A stretch of 64,000 bases of DNA from Octopus sinensis (lineage: Eukaryota), in contig NW_021832417.1 in assembly GCF_006345805.1 (NCBI RefSeq), positions 107,261 to 171,260 of the forward strand, written 5' to 3'. A program made the translations under genes and the position numbers. Under the pieces are notes generated by a model, which searched no databases, was not told the DNA's origin, and was given only the letters and a program-made list of their open reading frames with translations. Positions 26,596-39,300 of the stretch are shown in pieces (within the stretch, counting starts at the first letter, position 1; each line of letters starts with the position of its first letter).

Positions 26596-26760
26596 ACATG
26601 GTTGTGAGGTTAGGATGTATGTTTTTCAACCACATGGTTTCAGGTTCAGTCTCACTGTATAGTACTTGAGAGAAGTGACTTTAACTATAGCTTTGAAATG
26701 ACCAATGCTTTGAAAGTGAAAGTTGGTAGATGGAAACTGCATAAGTCTGACATGTATATA
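26596..26760 (+). mobile_element. SINE family A, head and body
   Basis: CATGGTTGTGAGGTTAGG...CAACCACATGGTTTCAGGTTCAGTC...GGTAGATGGAAACTG. Confidence 0.7.
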
Positions 26761-26904
26761 GACATTTATATACATATATGTGTATGTATTAAATGGTCAA
26801 AATTTCTGGCTGCATGTTCAGTTGTTTGATCAACTGGATTAATATGCTCATTAAATAATTGTGTTGTCTGGAAAGGATGGAAATAAAATGAATTTATTCA
26901 CTTT

Positions 26905-27560
26905 ATAATAATTTTTATTCATCAAATTACCACTCTCCATACTTGTTCATTACTTTTGTCCATCTATTTGGTAGCTTAAAAATTCCATTTGCATAGAAGT
27001 GGGCTGTCTTAGTGGAAATAAAAGTTATCCAGGTGTTTTTTATTGCATCAAAATTATTATATGATTTTCCATTCTAGGAATTCTATGGAAACCTGAACAA
27101 ATGAAAGACAAATGCAACAATGTTGGTAGATGTGATAACAGATTTCACCCATGCTCACACAGCTTAGTGTGTGTAGACAAAGGCACATGAATTGTGGCAT
27201 TGTCTTGTTGGAACATATTCCCTCTCCTATTAGGAGAGGGAATATGTTCTGGCCTTATCTGCTGAATTTTTTAATTCTATTTTTCCAACTGGCAACAGTA
27301 CATATCAGAATTGTTGGTGTGATCATGTGGGAGTAACTTATAAATGATAATTAATGCCTTTGAAATCCTTCAAGACACAAAGCATAACTTTTTTTAAGCA
27401 TGAATATTCTGCTTTGGTAACTATATTAGTAGCTTCTCATGCAAACTCTATAACCGTTTCCATATTATGTTATTGTGCACAATTCATTTTTCATCTCTCA
27501 TCAACAACTTCAAAAAAACATTCAGTTTCATTGCAAGGGCATGTCACAGATAGAATACCA
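26905..27560 (-). mobile_element. mariner relic, 5'-truncated
   Basis: Minus strand gives RDEK*IVHNN, KKVMLCV..DFKGI, YCCQLEK, NRRGNMFQQDNA and FYANGIFKLPNRWTKV. Confidence 0.8.
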
Positions 27561-27596
27561 TATATATATATGTGTGCGTATGTATGTATGTATGTA

Positions 27597-27647
<51 letters not shown>

Positions 27648-27767
27648 TACGGACACACACACACAGATATATATATATACCTGCACGTGTGTGTGTGTGT
27701 GCATGTGTCTATGTATGTATATGTGTGTGCGTATATATATATATATATATGCACACATATATATATG

Positions 27768-27798
<31 letters not shown>

Positions 27799-27874
27799 GC
27801 ACACACACACATATATATATGCACACATATATATATATATATATATGCACACACATATATATATGCACACACAT

Positions 27875-27906
<32 letters not shown>

Positions 27907-27950
27907 GATATGTGTGTGTATGTGTATTTATATATGTACATATATATATA
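27560..27950. repeat. Compound TA/CA/TG microsatellite
   Basis: Direct inspection. Confidence 0.9.
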
Positions 27951-28061
27951 TCATCATCATCATCATTTAGCGTCCGCTAGCATGGAAAACGGACGCTAAA
28001 TGATGATGATGATGATATATATATATGTACATATATAAATACACATACACACACATATCTT
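27905..28061. repeat. Perfect inverted repeat, 72-bp arms, 13-nt spacer
   Basis: 27905-27976 is the reverse complement of 27990-28061; spacer CTAGCATGGAAAA. Confidence 0.9.
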
Positions 28062-28199
28062 TGGTAGGAAAAAAGTACTGTTGCTTTCTTGACATGATCA
28101 TATTGAGGGTACTTTGTGAATACTTATGGTAAAATAAGCGTAATTTTATACATTTTAATGTCTTTTCTTTCTTTACAGAATACTTCATAACATGGTGGT

Positions 28200-29470
28200 T
28201 AAATTCATATCGATTTTATTCTCTGAAAATGAGCTTAGACTAGGCCTGTATTAGACACTGTGTGCTTTATAAATTCAAAAGAAACTATTCAGCAATAGAA
28301 ATGGTAAGAAATATTTGTTCTGTCTATGGAAATGTAGCTTTAAATGTCTGGACAAGCCAATAATGGTTTAATCAATTTTGTTTGGAAGAGTGTTCTCTTG
28401 CAGATTCCCTTCAATCTGGACAATGAACTTCTGCCAATTTTGAGCTCCTGAAAATTATAGTTGAGGAGAATCCAAAGCAAACTGCATAAAAATTAGCAAA
28501 ACAGTTAAATTCAAGTCACACTTTGATGATAAAACACCTTTATGAACAAGAAAAAGTGTCTAAACTTGGTCAGTGGGTCACTCATCTGACTGCTTCTCAG
28601 TTTAAACAAAGAAATGCCCTCTGGTCATTTTTGAAGGGTAGCCATGCTACTGAATATTTCTTGGGTAGAATTAGCACAAGTGATGAAAAGTGGGTTCTCT
28701 ATAACTGCATCCAACAAAAATGGTCAGCCCCCAATGTAAAAGAATACACAAAACCAGGACTACAGTTGAAAATGCTATGTTCTGTGTTTGTTGGGATATG
28801 AAAGGTGTAGTCTGTCATTAAGTGTTAAATGAAAAATGAAACAGTTATCATGGAGAATTATTGTCATCAATTGGAAACATTGAATGAAAATTTGTTGGAA
28901 AAGCATTTGTCATTGGTCAGTCATAAAGGCGTATTATTATTAGATGATAATATAAGATCATATTTTGCTTAAGTCATTCTAGAAAAGATTACGACACTGA
29001 ATACAAAAGTTTTACCTCATTTTATTTACTCTGCTGCCTTTAGTCTATCTGACTATCATCTTTTCAGATCATTGTAACCTTATTTGCAGGGAAATGAGTA
29101 TATCAATTGTGACGAAGTTAAGAATGATACTGAGTATTTCTTTGCTTTGAAACCTAAAAGATTTAGTGCCTGAGTGATGAACAATTTGCCTGATGAATTG
29201 AATTATGTTATCAATAATGAGGGGAAATAAGGCAGCAAATTGGCAAAATCTTGAATATGCTGGGCAAAATGATTAATGGCATTTCATCTGTCTTAACATT
29301 CTAGGTTCAAATTCCACTGAGTTTGACTTTGTCTTTCATCCTTTTCAGAGTCTATAAAATCAGTAGCAGTTGAAAACTGGGATCAATGATGACTTACCTC
29401 ATCCCACAAAATTGCTGGCCTTGTGCCAAAATTTAAAATCAATAACGAGGGTAAATATTATTTCGATTAA
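28200..29470 (+). mobile_element. mariner relic with a SINE inserted near the ORF end
   Basis: RHCVLYKFK, KLGQWVTHL, RISTSDEKWVLY, KPGLQLK, SLSDYHLFRSL; the frame resumes after the SINE as NNEGKYYFD*. Confidence 0.8.
29230..29437 (+). mobile_element. tRNA-headed SINE, family C, CpG-decayed, with 20-bp TSD
   Basis: Aligns with the intact copy at 54883. Flanked by ATCAATAATGAGGGGAAATA (29210-29229) and ATCAATAACGAGGGTAAATA (29438-29457). Confidence 0.85.
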
Positions 29471-29974
29471 ATGTATTAATTAAACTCAAAGAAGTATTTG
29501 TTTCTTTTTCATCTGGGAATGTGTTAGGATTTTCTAACATAACACGTATATTTGCAAATATGTGTATGCTTGCATCTGTTTCTCTGCATTTATACACAAA
29601 ATCTAGTGTTGTTTATGCCTTGTAACCTAACAGTTTGACAAATAGCTATTCATAAAATAAACAATTGTATCCAGTTGCAGAAACTGTAAAAAGAAATGTA
29701 TGAGAAAGACATGGTACTCTATCCCATTGAGGAGGACAGCAAATTTCAATATAAACAGACTAGGACTGTAACAACCTATTGAAGCCATGCCAGTACAATG
29801 GCTGTATATAATAGTTAATTTATACACAGCCAGCCAGCCAGCTTTTTGTGACATCACTGACTATTTAGCCAGTGTTAAACTATATTGGTTTGACAAATTT
29901 TTGATCTGGCATTCAATGTTTGGCGACCTGTTGTTGGTGATTTGCAACCTATGATGAAATCATATAATACAACA

Positions 29975-29990
29975 GTGCCATCTGCTGGCG
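29975..29990 (-). promoter_or_regulatory. Candidate CTCF-type motif
   Basis: CGCCAGCAGATGGCAC on the minus strand fits the CCAGCAGATGGC(G/A)C core; single motif match only. Confidence 0.3.
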
Positions 29991-30220
29991 TTTTGTCAAC
30001 CAATATAATCTGTGAATTTTATAGCACTTAGCATGTATAGGAGATGATTTCTCAAGATGATTACAGTTTACAGTATTCAAAACAAAACATCTGAGTTAAG
30101 TAAGATGTGTTCATTAATATTTGATACAAAGGCTGCTGCCATCACAAATAGCTAAAATAGATAAATATAAATACATACATGCATACATACATACATAAAT
30201 GCTTACATACATAGGTGGAT

Positions 30221-30261
<41 letters not shown>

Positions 30262-30427
30262 ATATATATATATATATGTATGTATGCATGTTGAAGAGCA
30301 TATGCTTGAAACGTAAAAGACTTTTTCATTTTCCTAAGTGTCAAACTAATACACTTGCTTGTTGTTCATACACCTATTTTTGTCTTTTGTTTTTCTATAA
30401 GTTTTAACTACATATATATTCTTTTAT

Positions 30428-30675
30428 TCTTTTACTTGCTTCAGTCATTTGATTGCGGCCATGCTTGAGCACCACCTTGAAGGGCTTTAGTCAAACAAAT
30501 CGACCACAGTAATTACAGATTTTTTAAAATCATAGTACTTAATCAATGAGTCTCTTTTGCGGAACTGCTAAGTTACAGGGATGTAAACACAACATCACCA
30601 GTTGTCAAGCAGTGATGGTGGGTCAAAATCAAACACAAAGTCACATACACATAGATACATATATACATACATACA

Positions 30676-30727
<52 letters not shown>

Positions 30728-30880
30728 CGGCAGGCTTCTATCAGTTTCTGTGTACAAAATCAACTCACAGGGCTTTTGGTTGGCCCAAGACCATAGTAGA
30801 AGGCACTTGCCACACAGTGTGACTGAACAACCCAGAATGATGTTGGTGGGAAGCCCAGCTTCTTACCACATAGCCACACC
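30428..30880 (-). mobile_element. SINE family A, full length
   Basis: Tail, internal (TACA)n(TA)n tract and head. Confidence 0.8.
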
Positions 30881-30989
30881 TATATATATATATGAGGCTA
30901 TGATGAAAAGAAAATGCAGTTGATTTCCTGGGAGGTTCTCCCTTTGGGTTGTTTGTAGACATGCAATTCAAACGTTGTCTCCTAGATTT

Positions 30990-31190
30990 GGTAGTGCTGA
31001 CAGAAATATTCACCACCACCACCACCACCACTCTTACAACCAGTACTACCACCATCACCATTCCCACTGCCACCATTGCCTCCTCCACTGCTGCCAGCAC
31101 CACCTCTGCAACTTCCACTGCCACTGCTGCCGCTGTCGTTGTCATCATCATCATCAACATTATCATCAGTTGCAGCCGTGTCATCTGCTG
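30990..31190. repeat. ACC/GCC/CAT trinucleotide low-complexity tract
   Basis: Explains four overlapping low-complexity ORFs. Confidence 0.8.
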
Positions 31191-31419
31191 TATCCACTCT
31201 CTTTAGTTTCTCTACTCTAAGGATATACATCTATCTGAAACCAAACACCATTCCATCATTTTATTCCCTTTCATATTTGATTTTCCAAATTTTTGGTTCT
31301 GTTGAATTCTTTGTTGCTTTTACTGATTCAGAACAGAAAGAGAAATTTTATGTTTCAGTGGAGAAATATAGTCCTAGCCCCCTACATCTCTTTCTCATTC
31401 TCTCTCTCTCTTTCTCTCT

Positions 31420-31548
31420 CTCACCTTGTATGTATATGCATGTATGTACAGATGTGTGCATATATATATATATATATATGTATACACAAATTCATGCATA
31501 TATAAGCACATATACATACATACATACATCCATACATACAAATGTTTA

Positions 31549-31581
<33 letters not shown>

Positions 31582-31910
31582 ATATATACACATAATTATG
31601 TATACATATTCTTACACACAAACACATATAAACAAACTCACATGTATATGGGGATATATATATATATACATACATATATATACATGTATGTATGTGTGTT
31701 TGTGTATATGTGTATGGATATATGTATGAATATATATGTATGTACGTATACACACATATATATATGTATACATACATACATGTATATGTATATACATATA
31801 TATTCATACATATATCCATACACATATACACACACATATATATATATACATGCATATATATACAGAGAGAGTATTATAATTATTATTATTATTATTACTA
31901 TCATTTTACA

Positions 31911-31942
<32 letters not shown>

Positions 31943-32010
31943 CGTACGTACGTACGTACGTATGTATGTATGTATGTATGTATGTATGTATGTATGTATG
32001 TATGTATGTA
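31420..32010. repeat. Compound TA/TACA/TATG/ATT microsatellite
   Basis: Direct inspection. Confidence 0.9.
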
Positions 32011-32920
32011 TTCCACCCTGCAATCTTCTGCAAATCCTGATTGAGTGACTCAATTTATCACACACCTGACCCACTCCTGTGCATCTGATAGAACTTTTAT
32101 CTCTAACCACTACATGTCTGCAGAATGCTATCAAAATGTTGCAAGGTGGAAAAAGACAAAAGGAAAAAAAAAAATGGAAAAAAGAGAAGGAAACAGAAAC
32201 CTTAAACACAACCAAATAAATAGTAAATAAATAAATAAACAAAAGTAAATAAAGAAAAAATTCAAACAAAATAACAATAAAAATGCAACAAACAAATAAA
32301 TAAACAAATATATCTTCTGGAAATGTTTTCACAATGTTATTACATGGTTACTAAGTAGATTTGACAGTATTTTTCTTCATTTTAAAAGCAGTTTTTCTTA
32401 CTTTTTTTTGTATTTTCCAGCAATTCTTCATTTTCTTCAGTAATTTTTTCTCAATTTTCATTCGTTATTTTCTTCAGTTCTATCAATTTTTCTTCATTTA
32501 GTTCCAATTTTTCTTAATTTCTAAAATTTCTTCCTATTTCTTTCTTCTTTAATTTAAAAGCTGAATTATTCAATTAAAAAAAAAAATTCCTATTATTCAA
32601 TGTCCTGCTGTATTGGTATTCTTTACTTTTGTATGTTTTTTCTGTTTTTTTCTCTTCAGTAGATTGCTAGAATGGTGCTTTGTCTACATTGCTACAATCT
32701 GTCTATGATGCTTTCTCTGTGATGCCATATCTGACATGCTGAGTCTATGGAGTGCACTGTCTAACTGTAATGTTGCTTCAGTTTCTACTTGTACACACAA
32801 CATAGAACACAATTTTCTTGTAAACTTTCTTGATCTCTGATCTTTCGTTTATTGATTATTCTTGAAGAATGAAAAGTTATGTCAGTTTGTATACATACAT
32901 ATATATATACATACATATCT

Positions 32921-32953
<33 letters not shown>

Positions 32954-33062
32954 AATGCACACACATACATATATATATATGTACACACACACACATATAT
33001 ATAGTTATATAAACCTGTATATGCATATACACACACACATATATATATATAATTTTATCTAT

Positions 33063-33124
<62 letters not shown>

Positions 33125-33979
33125 GAATGAATGTGTGCATATGTATGCTTGCATATATCATAATATATATGAAGAAATGCACACATAGACATGCATATAT
33201 AAACTGATAGGTTTATATGCACACACTTTTACACACACATATATTCATATACATAGTCATATGCATATAATTATTTGTGTATGTGTGCACATGAATGTGT
33301 GTACATGCACACAACCAGAGATGCTAGCACACACACACACACACATGCATACACACACACATAGTGAACTGTAATATAACTGTATATATGTGTTTGTACT
33401 TGCATGTGTGCATGTGTGTCTGTGTGCGTTGAATACTTTGAAGATAATAATGCACAGAATGAAAGGTTTGTTGATAGGTGGACAAAGTGTCAGAGTAAAG
33501 CAGGCAATGGTGTCAGAGATAACATTTTCAGCAGACAATCAGATCAATAGATAAACATAGACACTTAAGAGTTAAGGTAACCAACATATTTGGGTAGCTG
33601 TACGTATGTGTATAAGGGTGGATGAATGCAGTGTGGATGGGTTGGTTGAAATAAATGGCTGGAGATGTGGAGTTAGAATATATATATTATATATATGTGT
33701 GTGTATGTATATATATATGTATATATGAATATGCATTGGGAATTAGTCTTGTTTTCTATCACCATTACATATTGCAATCATCATCATCATCATCATTATA
33801 ATTATTATCATTGTCATTGTTGAAATAATCATAATCATCATTGTTGTTGTTACTGTTCTCCTCCTCCTCCTCCTACTCATGATGATGGTGGTGATGATGA
33901 TGATGATGATGATGATGATTGACTACTTCATTTCTATCATCATTTCTACCATTAGAATCATCATTATTGTGATTATCAG

Positions 33980-34210
33980 TGAGCTAGCAGAATTATTTGA
34001 GCATCAAAAAAAAAAAAAATGCTTTGCTGTATTGGTTCTGACTCTTTACATTCTGAGTTCAAATCCTGCTGAGATCAAAAATTGGTCTTTTTTCCTTCCC
34101 ACGTTCAATAAAACAATTAAACAAAGTACCAGTCAAGTTCTGTGAACAATCATACTGACTACTTACCCTCTCCTTAAAGTTTCAGACCTTATGCCTACTA
34201 TAGAAATCAA
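33980..34210 (+). mobile_element. SINE family C, strongly decayed
   Basis: GAGCTAGCAGAAT...ACATTCTGAGTTCAAATCCTGCTGAG...AAGTACCAGT...CAGACCTTATGCCTA. Confidence 0.65.
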
Positions 34211-34728
34211 TATGATCATAATCATGCCTAAAACATTATCATCATCATCATTGTAGGCATTGTTGTCATTGTTATCATATCTTCATCTTTATCCACACCA
34301 TCATCACCACCATCTTTATCTCTATAGCACCTTCATCATCATCATAGTCATTGATTCCAATCATCATTATCATTAGCTTCGCCATTATCATTATCATGTG
34401 TATCATTCTCATGATGATGATGATGATGATGATCAACATCTTTATCATCATCCTAATCACCCAGAGCATCATAATTGGCATCATTATTGTTGTCATTATC
34501 TAGCATCATTATCATCACTCTGAATATGGATATCCTTATGATGATGATGATGGTAGTGGTGGTGGAAGAAGTGGTGATGGAGGAAGTGGTGATGGTGGTG
34601 GTGGTGGCAGTGGTGGCAATGGTGGTGGTAGTGGTGGTGATGATTGTTGTCATTATCATTATCATCTTTGTTATAATAAAAATTTCTCAATAATCTTCTC
34701 AATAATACTTCACTCAATAATAATGATG

Positions 34729-34780
<52 letters not shown>

Positions 34781-34782
<2 letters not shown>

Positions 34783-35965
34783 TGGGTGGAATAAGATTGA
34801 AGCTATCAACACCTGTGTGGTTTCACTACTTAGATATGGAGCAGGAGTAATCGCATGGACAGTAGATGAACTAAACAGTTTAGACAGAAAGACAAGGAAG
34901 TTGCTGACTAGATATGGGATACTCCATCCAAAAAGTGACATAGACAGACTTTATGTACCAAGAAAAAGAGGGGGAAGAGAACCGATTGGATGTGAACACA
35001 GTATTAGAGCAGAAGAAAACAACATAGCATGGTATGTAAAAAATGCCACAGAACCACTATAACTGGAAGTAAAAAAAGTCAGGCTTGTGTAGTAAGGAAG
35101 ATTGCAAAGATAAAGCACTGTTCAAGCACTTGAGAATGAATGAAACTGAAAATAGGTAGATAAAGAAGAGAATGCATGGACAATTCCATAGGGATGTTGA
35201 AGATAAAACAGACAGAAAATAAAGATGGCTATAGATGACTAAAAGTGATTTAAAACTGGAAATGGAGGCTCTAATCTGTGCTGCCCACGAGCAAGCAAGA
35301 ACCAATTACATCAAATACAAAATAGACAACACATCAGAAAATGGTAAGTGCAGAATTTGTGCCCAAAATGGTGAAACCGTATGGCATATTACCAGTCAAT
35401 GTATGCTACTAGCCCAGAAAGAATATAGGAGACATCATGACAACATAGCAAGGATTATCCATTGGAAACTTTGCAACAAGTACGGACTTGACAGAGCAAA
35501 AAAGTGGTATGAACATAAACCCAAAGGCATTATTGAAAATCATAATGCAAAGATCTTATGTGATTTTATGATTCAGTGCGACCATGAGATAGAGAATAGG
35601 AAACCAGACATAGTGTTAATTGAGAAAGAAAACAAACGATGCTGGACCATAGATATTGCATGTCCAGCTGACAAAAAGGTATGCAATAAGGAAGAAAGAA
35701 AAGTCGATAGATATATCAGGTTAGCTTGGGAGGTTAAGCAGTTGTGGTTGCTGAAAAAGTGGTAGTAGTACCAATAACTGTTGAAACCCTGGGAACTGTG
35801 AGTAAAAATCTTGAGAAGTACATGGAACAAATAGGGGCTGCAATAAGGGTGGAGCACTTGCAGAAAACAGAACTGCTCGGAATCACATGAATACTCCGAA
35901 TGGTGCTCGAAAAATAAGGTAGTGACACCATAGTACATCTCCAGTGTTAGAAGCTGTGCAAAAAC
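34781..35965 (+). mobile_element. R4/Dong-clade non-LTR retrotransposon A, 5'-truncated (RT thumb + CCHC + restriction-like endonuclease)
   Basis: NKIEAINT, LDRKTRKLL, HPKSDIDRLYVPRKRGGR, CRIC...ETVWHITSQC, HDNIARIIHW, RKPDIVL, IDIACP; (TAA)n on both sides. Confidence 0.9.
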
Positions 35966-35994
35966 AATAAAATAATAATAATAATAATATTATT

Positions 35995-36018
35995 AGCACG
36001 CTATAAAAAATAAAACTA

Positions 36019-36021
<3 letters not shown>
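35995..36021 (+). mobile_element. Terminal stub of Dong family C
   Basis: AGCACGCTATAAAAAATAAAACTACTG|(AAT)n resembles AGCATGTGATAAAAATAAGACTGTTG|AATAAC at 40540-40565. Confidence 0.45.
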
Positions 36022-36086
<65 letters not shown>

Positions 36087-36133
36087 CAAACACAATTTTC
36101 TAATGGTTTCTTAAACATTCTCTAGAACAACAA

Positions 36134-36189
36134 CATCATCATCATCATCATCATCGTTTAGCGTCTGTTTTCCATGCTAGCATGGGTTG
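36134..36189 (-). mobile_element. Very short RTE-tail stub
   Basis: AACCCATGCTAGCATGGAAAACAGACGCTAAACGATGATG on the minus strand. Confidence 0.75.
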
Positions 36190-36320
36190 CACCTATGCAC
36201 AAAACCAAATACATAAGGCACCATAGGCATAACACCAGCACGAACTGCTAACTTGTCTCTTGAGGTCTCTGGGTGAGACTTGGAGCCAACTTGTACAAAT
36301 ATAAAGCAAAAGTCAAAGAT
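36190..36320 (+). mobile_element. Probable 3' UTR fragment of another (TAA)n-associated element
   Basis: Ends in (AAT)n; GAGGTCTCTGGGTGAGACTTGG loosely parallels AAGGTCAAGGGATGACCCTGG in the Dong B 3' UTR. Confidence 0.35.
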
Positions 36321-36360
36321 ATTATAAGAATAATAATAATAATTTTAATAACAATAATAA

Positions 36361-39300
36361 TACAAATACCCATATGCCCCAATAATACGGGGCATATGGG
36401 GTATTCGTTTGTGATAGCACTTCTGTTCACCATCTGTTGCATGCCAAGAGCATGGATGATGATCACTAGTTCACAACAAAAGCTCGACTCTCACTTAGCC
36501 GGTTGTGCTCAACGATGGTCATTCCCTGGAACCTCCTCTCGACAGTGGTGCTAAACTAAGAGAGGGGCAACGGCAGTTAGACTGCTGTTATGGCTGAAGG
36601 GATACCTTCCCTTAAGTGCATCAAGTCTGAGATGGCAAAGAGGATGGATGATGCATAGAGCTAGATGGACAACAGCTTTGAAGGCGGAACCAGCAATGTG
36701 TGTGATATGCATAGGGCACACTCAGGTACTCAAGCATTATGTGGCCAATCACCATGAATATACCCAGTAGTTAACCAATAATGAATTAAGTCAATAAAAG
36801 CAACCCATACCGTATTGCTCATCTCACATGTCAACAAGGAGTGTGCCCCCTAATGAGGAGTCAGGCTGGGAATGAAAAATTGGTTACTGATTCAAACTCT
36901 ACCCACTCCCGGTCAACTTAACCGAGGAAAACCTCAAGCTGAGTCCCACCTATGCAAGACATACTACACACAAAAACCCTAGAACTAAATGGAATCGGGA
37001 AGAGTATAAACTAGTAATGAAAACATATTACATGGTGGTAGTCACACCACCAAGAAGATAACACAACAAAAAGGACTTATCAATTATGGAGACTAAAATA
37101 CTCAACTTCAATGTTAAATATGGATCCCAACAAGTTAGGGAATGCCTGAAGAGATATCATTAAAAACAGGAGGCTCACAGATACTGAGCTGGAACACATA
37201 AAAAGAAAAGTCAACAGATCTCACCGTATAAAACCAAATACAAATGAAATAGAAATAGGGACTACAGAAAACCAAGAAGAGGATGTATTTGAGGAACCCT
37301 CTGTGGGTAATGAGATAGAAGAACCTGTAAAACAACCAACAACACGAAACAGTGACATGGATAGGGAGAAATATTTGGAACTAAAAGAAGAAATACATAG
37401 AAAATGGGAACAGGTAAAAGCACAAGACACCACAGACACAGAGGCTCTACCAAAAGTCAGTATGGATAAGAACCTGAAGGAGTTGATTAAAATTGGCAAT
37501 AATGTAATAGATGAGATAAGTCAACAAGAATAGAACCACTAAATATAACATTGCTAAACCAACTAGCCTATGCTACAGCTACAGCTATTACTGAAGCAAA
37601 AGGCATAAAACTAAGAAAGAAAACTGCTCAATAGAAGAAAAGACAACCAAAATGGAAAGAAAACTTAGAAAAGAATATACAATGCATGAGAGGCAATCTA
37701 TCAATACTGACCGAAATAAGTAATGGAAACCAGGTCAACCAAAGAAAAGCCAAGAAAATAAACAAAAAGCATGGGATCAAACAAAAAAATGAAATACCTG
37801 AAGCAAAAGAAAATCTAAAGCAAAAAATCCAAGCAAAGGCACAATGATTGTCATGATATATAAAGAGAAGCAAACAATTTAGACAAAACAAATTATTTAA
37901 AGAAGATGGAAAGAAATTTTACAGGGAACTCGGTAAACAACTAATAAATGTTCAGCAGCTGCCCAAAGAAAGAGGATATGGAAAATTTCTGGAGTACGAT
38001 ATGGGAAAAGGGAAAACAACATAATGAAGATGCAGAATGGATTAAGGACTGGTTGACACAGAGTGACATACCTGATACCAAAAACAAATGACCCAGAAAA
38101 CCTAAAGAACTATAGACCAATCACCTGTCTACCAACATTGTATAACATATTAACATCTGTAATCACTGAAAGAACATACACATTCCTAGAAGAAAACAAC
38201 CTACTACCACCAGAACAAAAAGGTTGTTGAAGCGAGAGCTATGGATGCAAGGACCAATTACTGATAAACAAAATGATCCTTGAAGACTGCAAAACCAGGA
38301 AAACGAACCTGCGCACATCATGGATTAGCTAAAAAAAGTGTACCTCACTCATGGAAATTGAAAGTGATGGAAGTATACAAAGTATCTCCGACTCTCATCA
38401 AGTTTATGAAACACAGCATGAATACATGGGAAACTATGTTGACGCTGAACCATTCCAATAGATCAATAACAAGCAGACCAATCAAAATCAAAAGTGATAT
38501 CTTCCAAGGGGACTCGCTGCCACCCTAAGATTCTGCTTGGCACTGGCATCATTAAGTACCATGCTCAATAAAACCGGGTATGGATATGAGATCAAGAAGA
38601 AAAAAGGGAGTCATCTGTTCTACATGGATGATCTGAAAATGTACTCAAAGATTACGAACAACAAGGTCTACTTGCTATGGTTAAAAAGTTCAGTGATGAT
38701 ATCAGGTTGCAGTTTGGACTGGAGAAATGCATGAAAGCCACTTTCATAAGAGGCAAACTGGCATCTTCTGCGGATATCCACGTAGATACAGAAGCAAGAA
38801 TCCGAGCACTGGACCAGAAAGAAGCATACAAATACCTTGACATAGATGAAAGTAATGGCATAAAACATTCAGCAATGAAAGAGAAGATTAGAAAAGAGTA
38901 CTGCAGGAGAGTACGGTTAGTAATAAAGACTGAACGCAATGCTGCAAACAAAATAGAAGCCATTAACACTCTTGCAGTACCAATTGTAGCTTACAGTTTC
39001 AACATAATCAACTGGCAAATGAGCGAAATAAAGAAGCTAGACTCCAAGACCAGAAAACTACTAACCATGGCACAAATGAACCACCCAAAAGCGGATGTGA
39101 ACAAGATTTATTTACCAAGAAGCATGGGGGGAAGAGGACTAACTCAATTAGAATTAGCTTACAAAACCACCACTGTAGGATTAAATACGTATCTTGAGCT
39201 GTCAAAAGATTCTCTAATGAAGCTTGTGCACCAGTATGATAAAGTAAAGCAGCTATACTAGGTATACAAAAATTCTGTACAGTTTAAGAAACAACTGATA

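Noticed and set aside
26905-29470. Divergent mariners around the 72-bp palindrome as one large inverted duplication
   Set aside because: The two transposase relics differ clearly in sequence and appear to be different families.
36845-36880. Hammerhead-like CTAATGAG...GAAA in the Dong B UTR
   Set aside because: The core is CTAATGA rather than CTGATGA and no convincing stem II forms.
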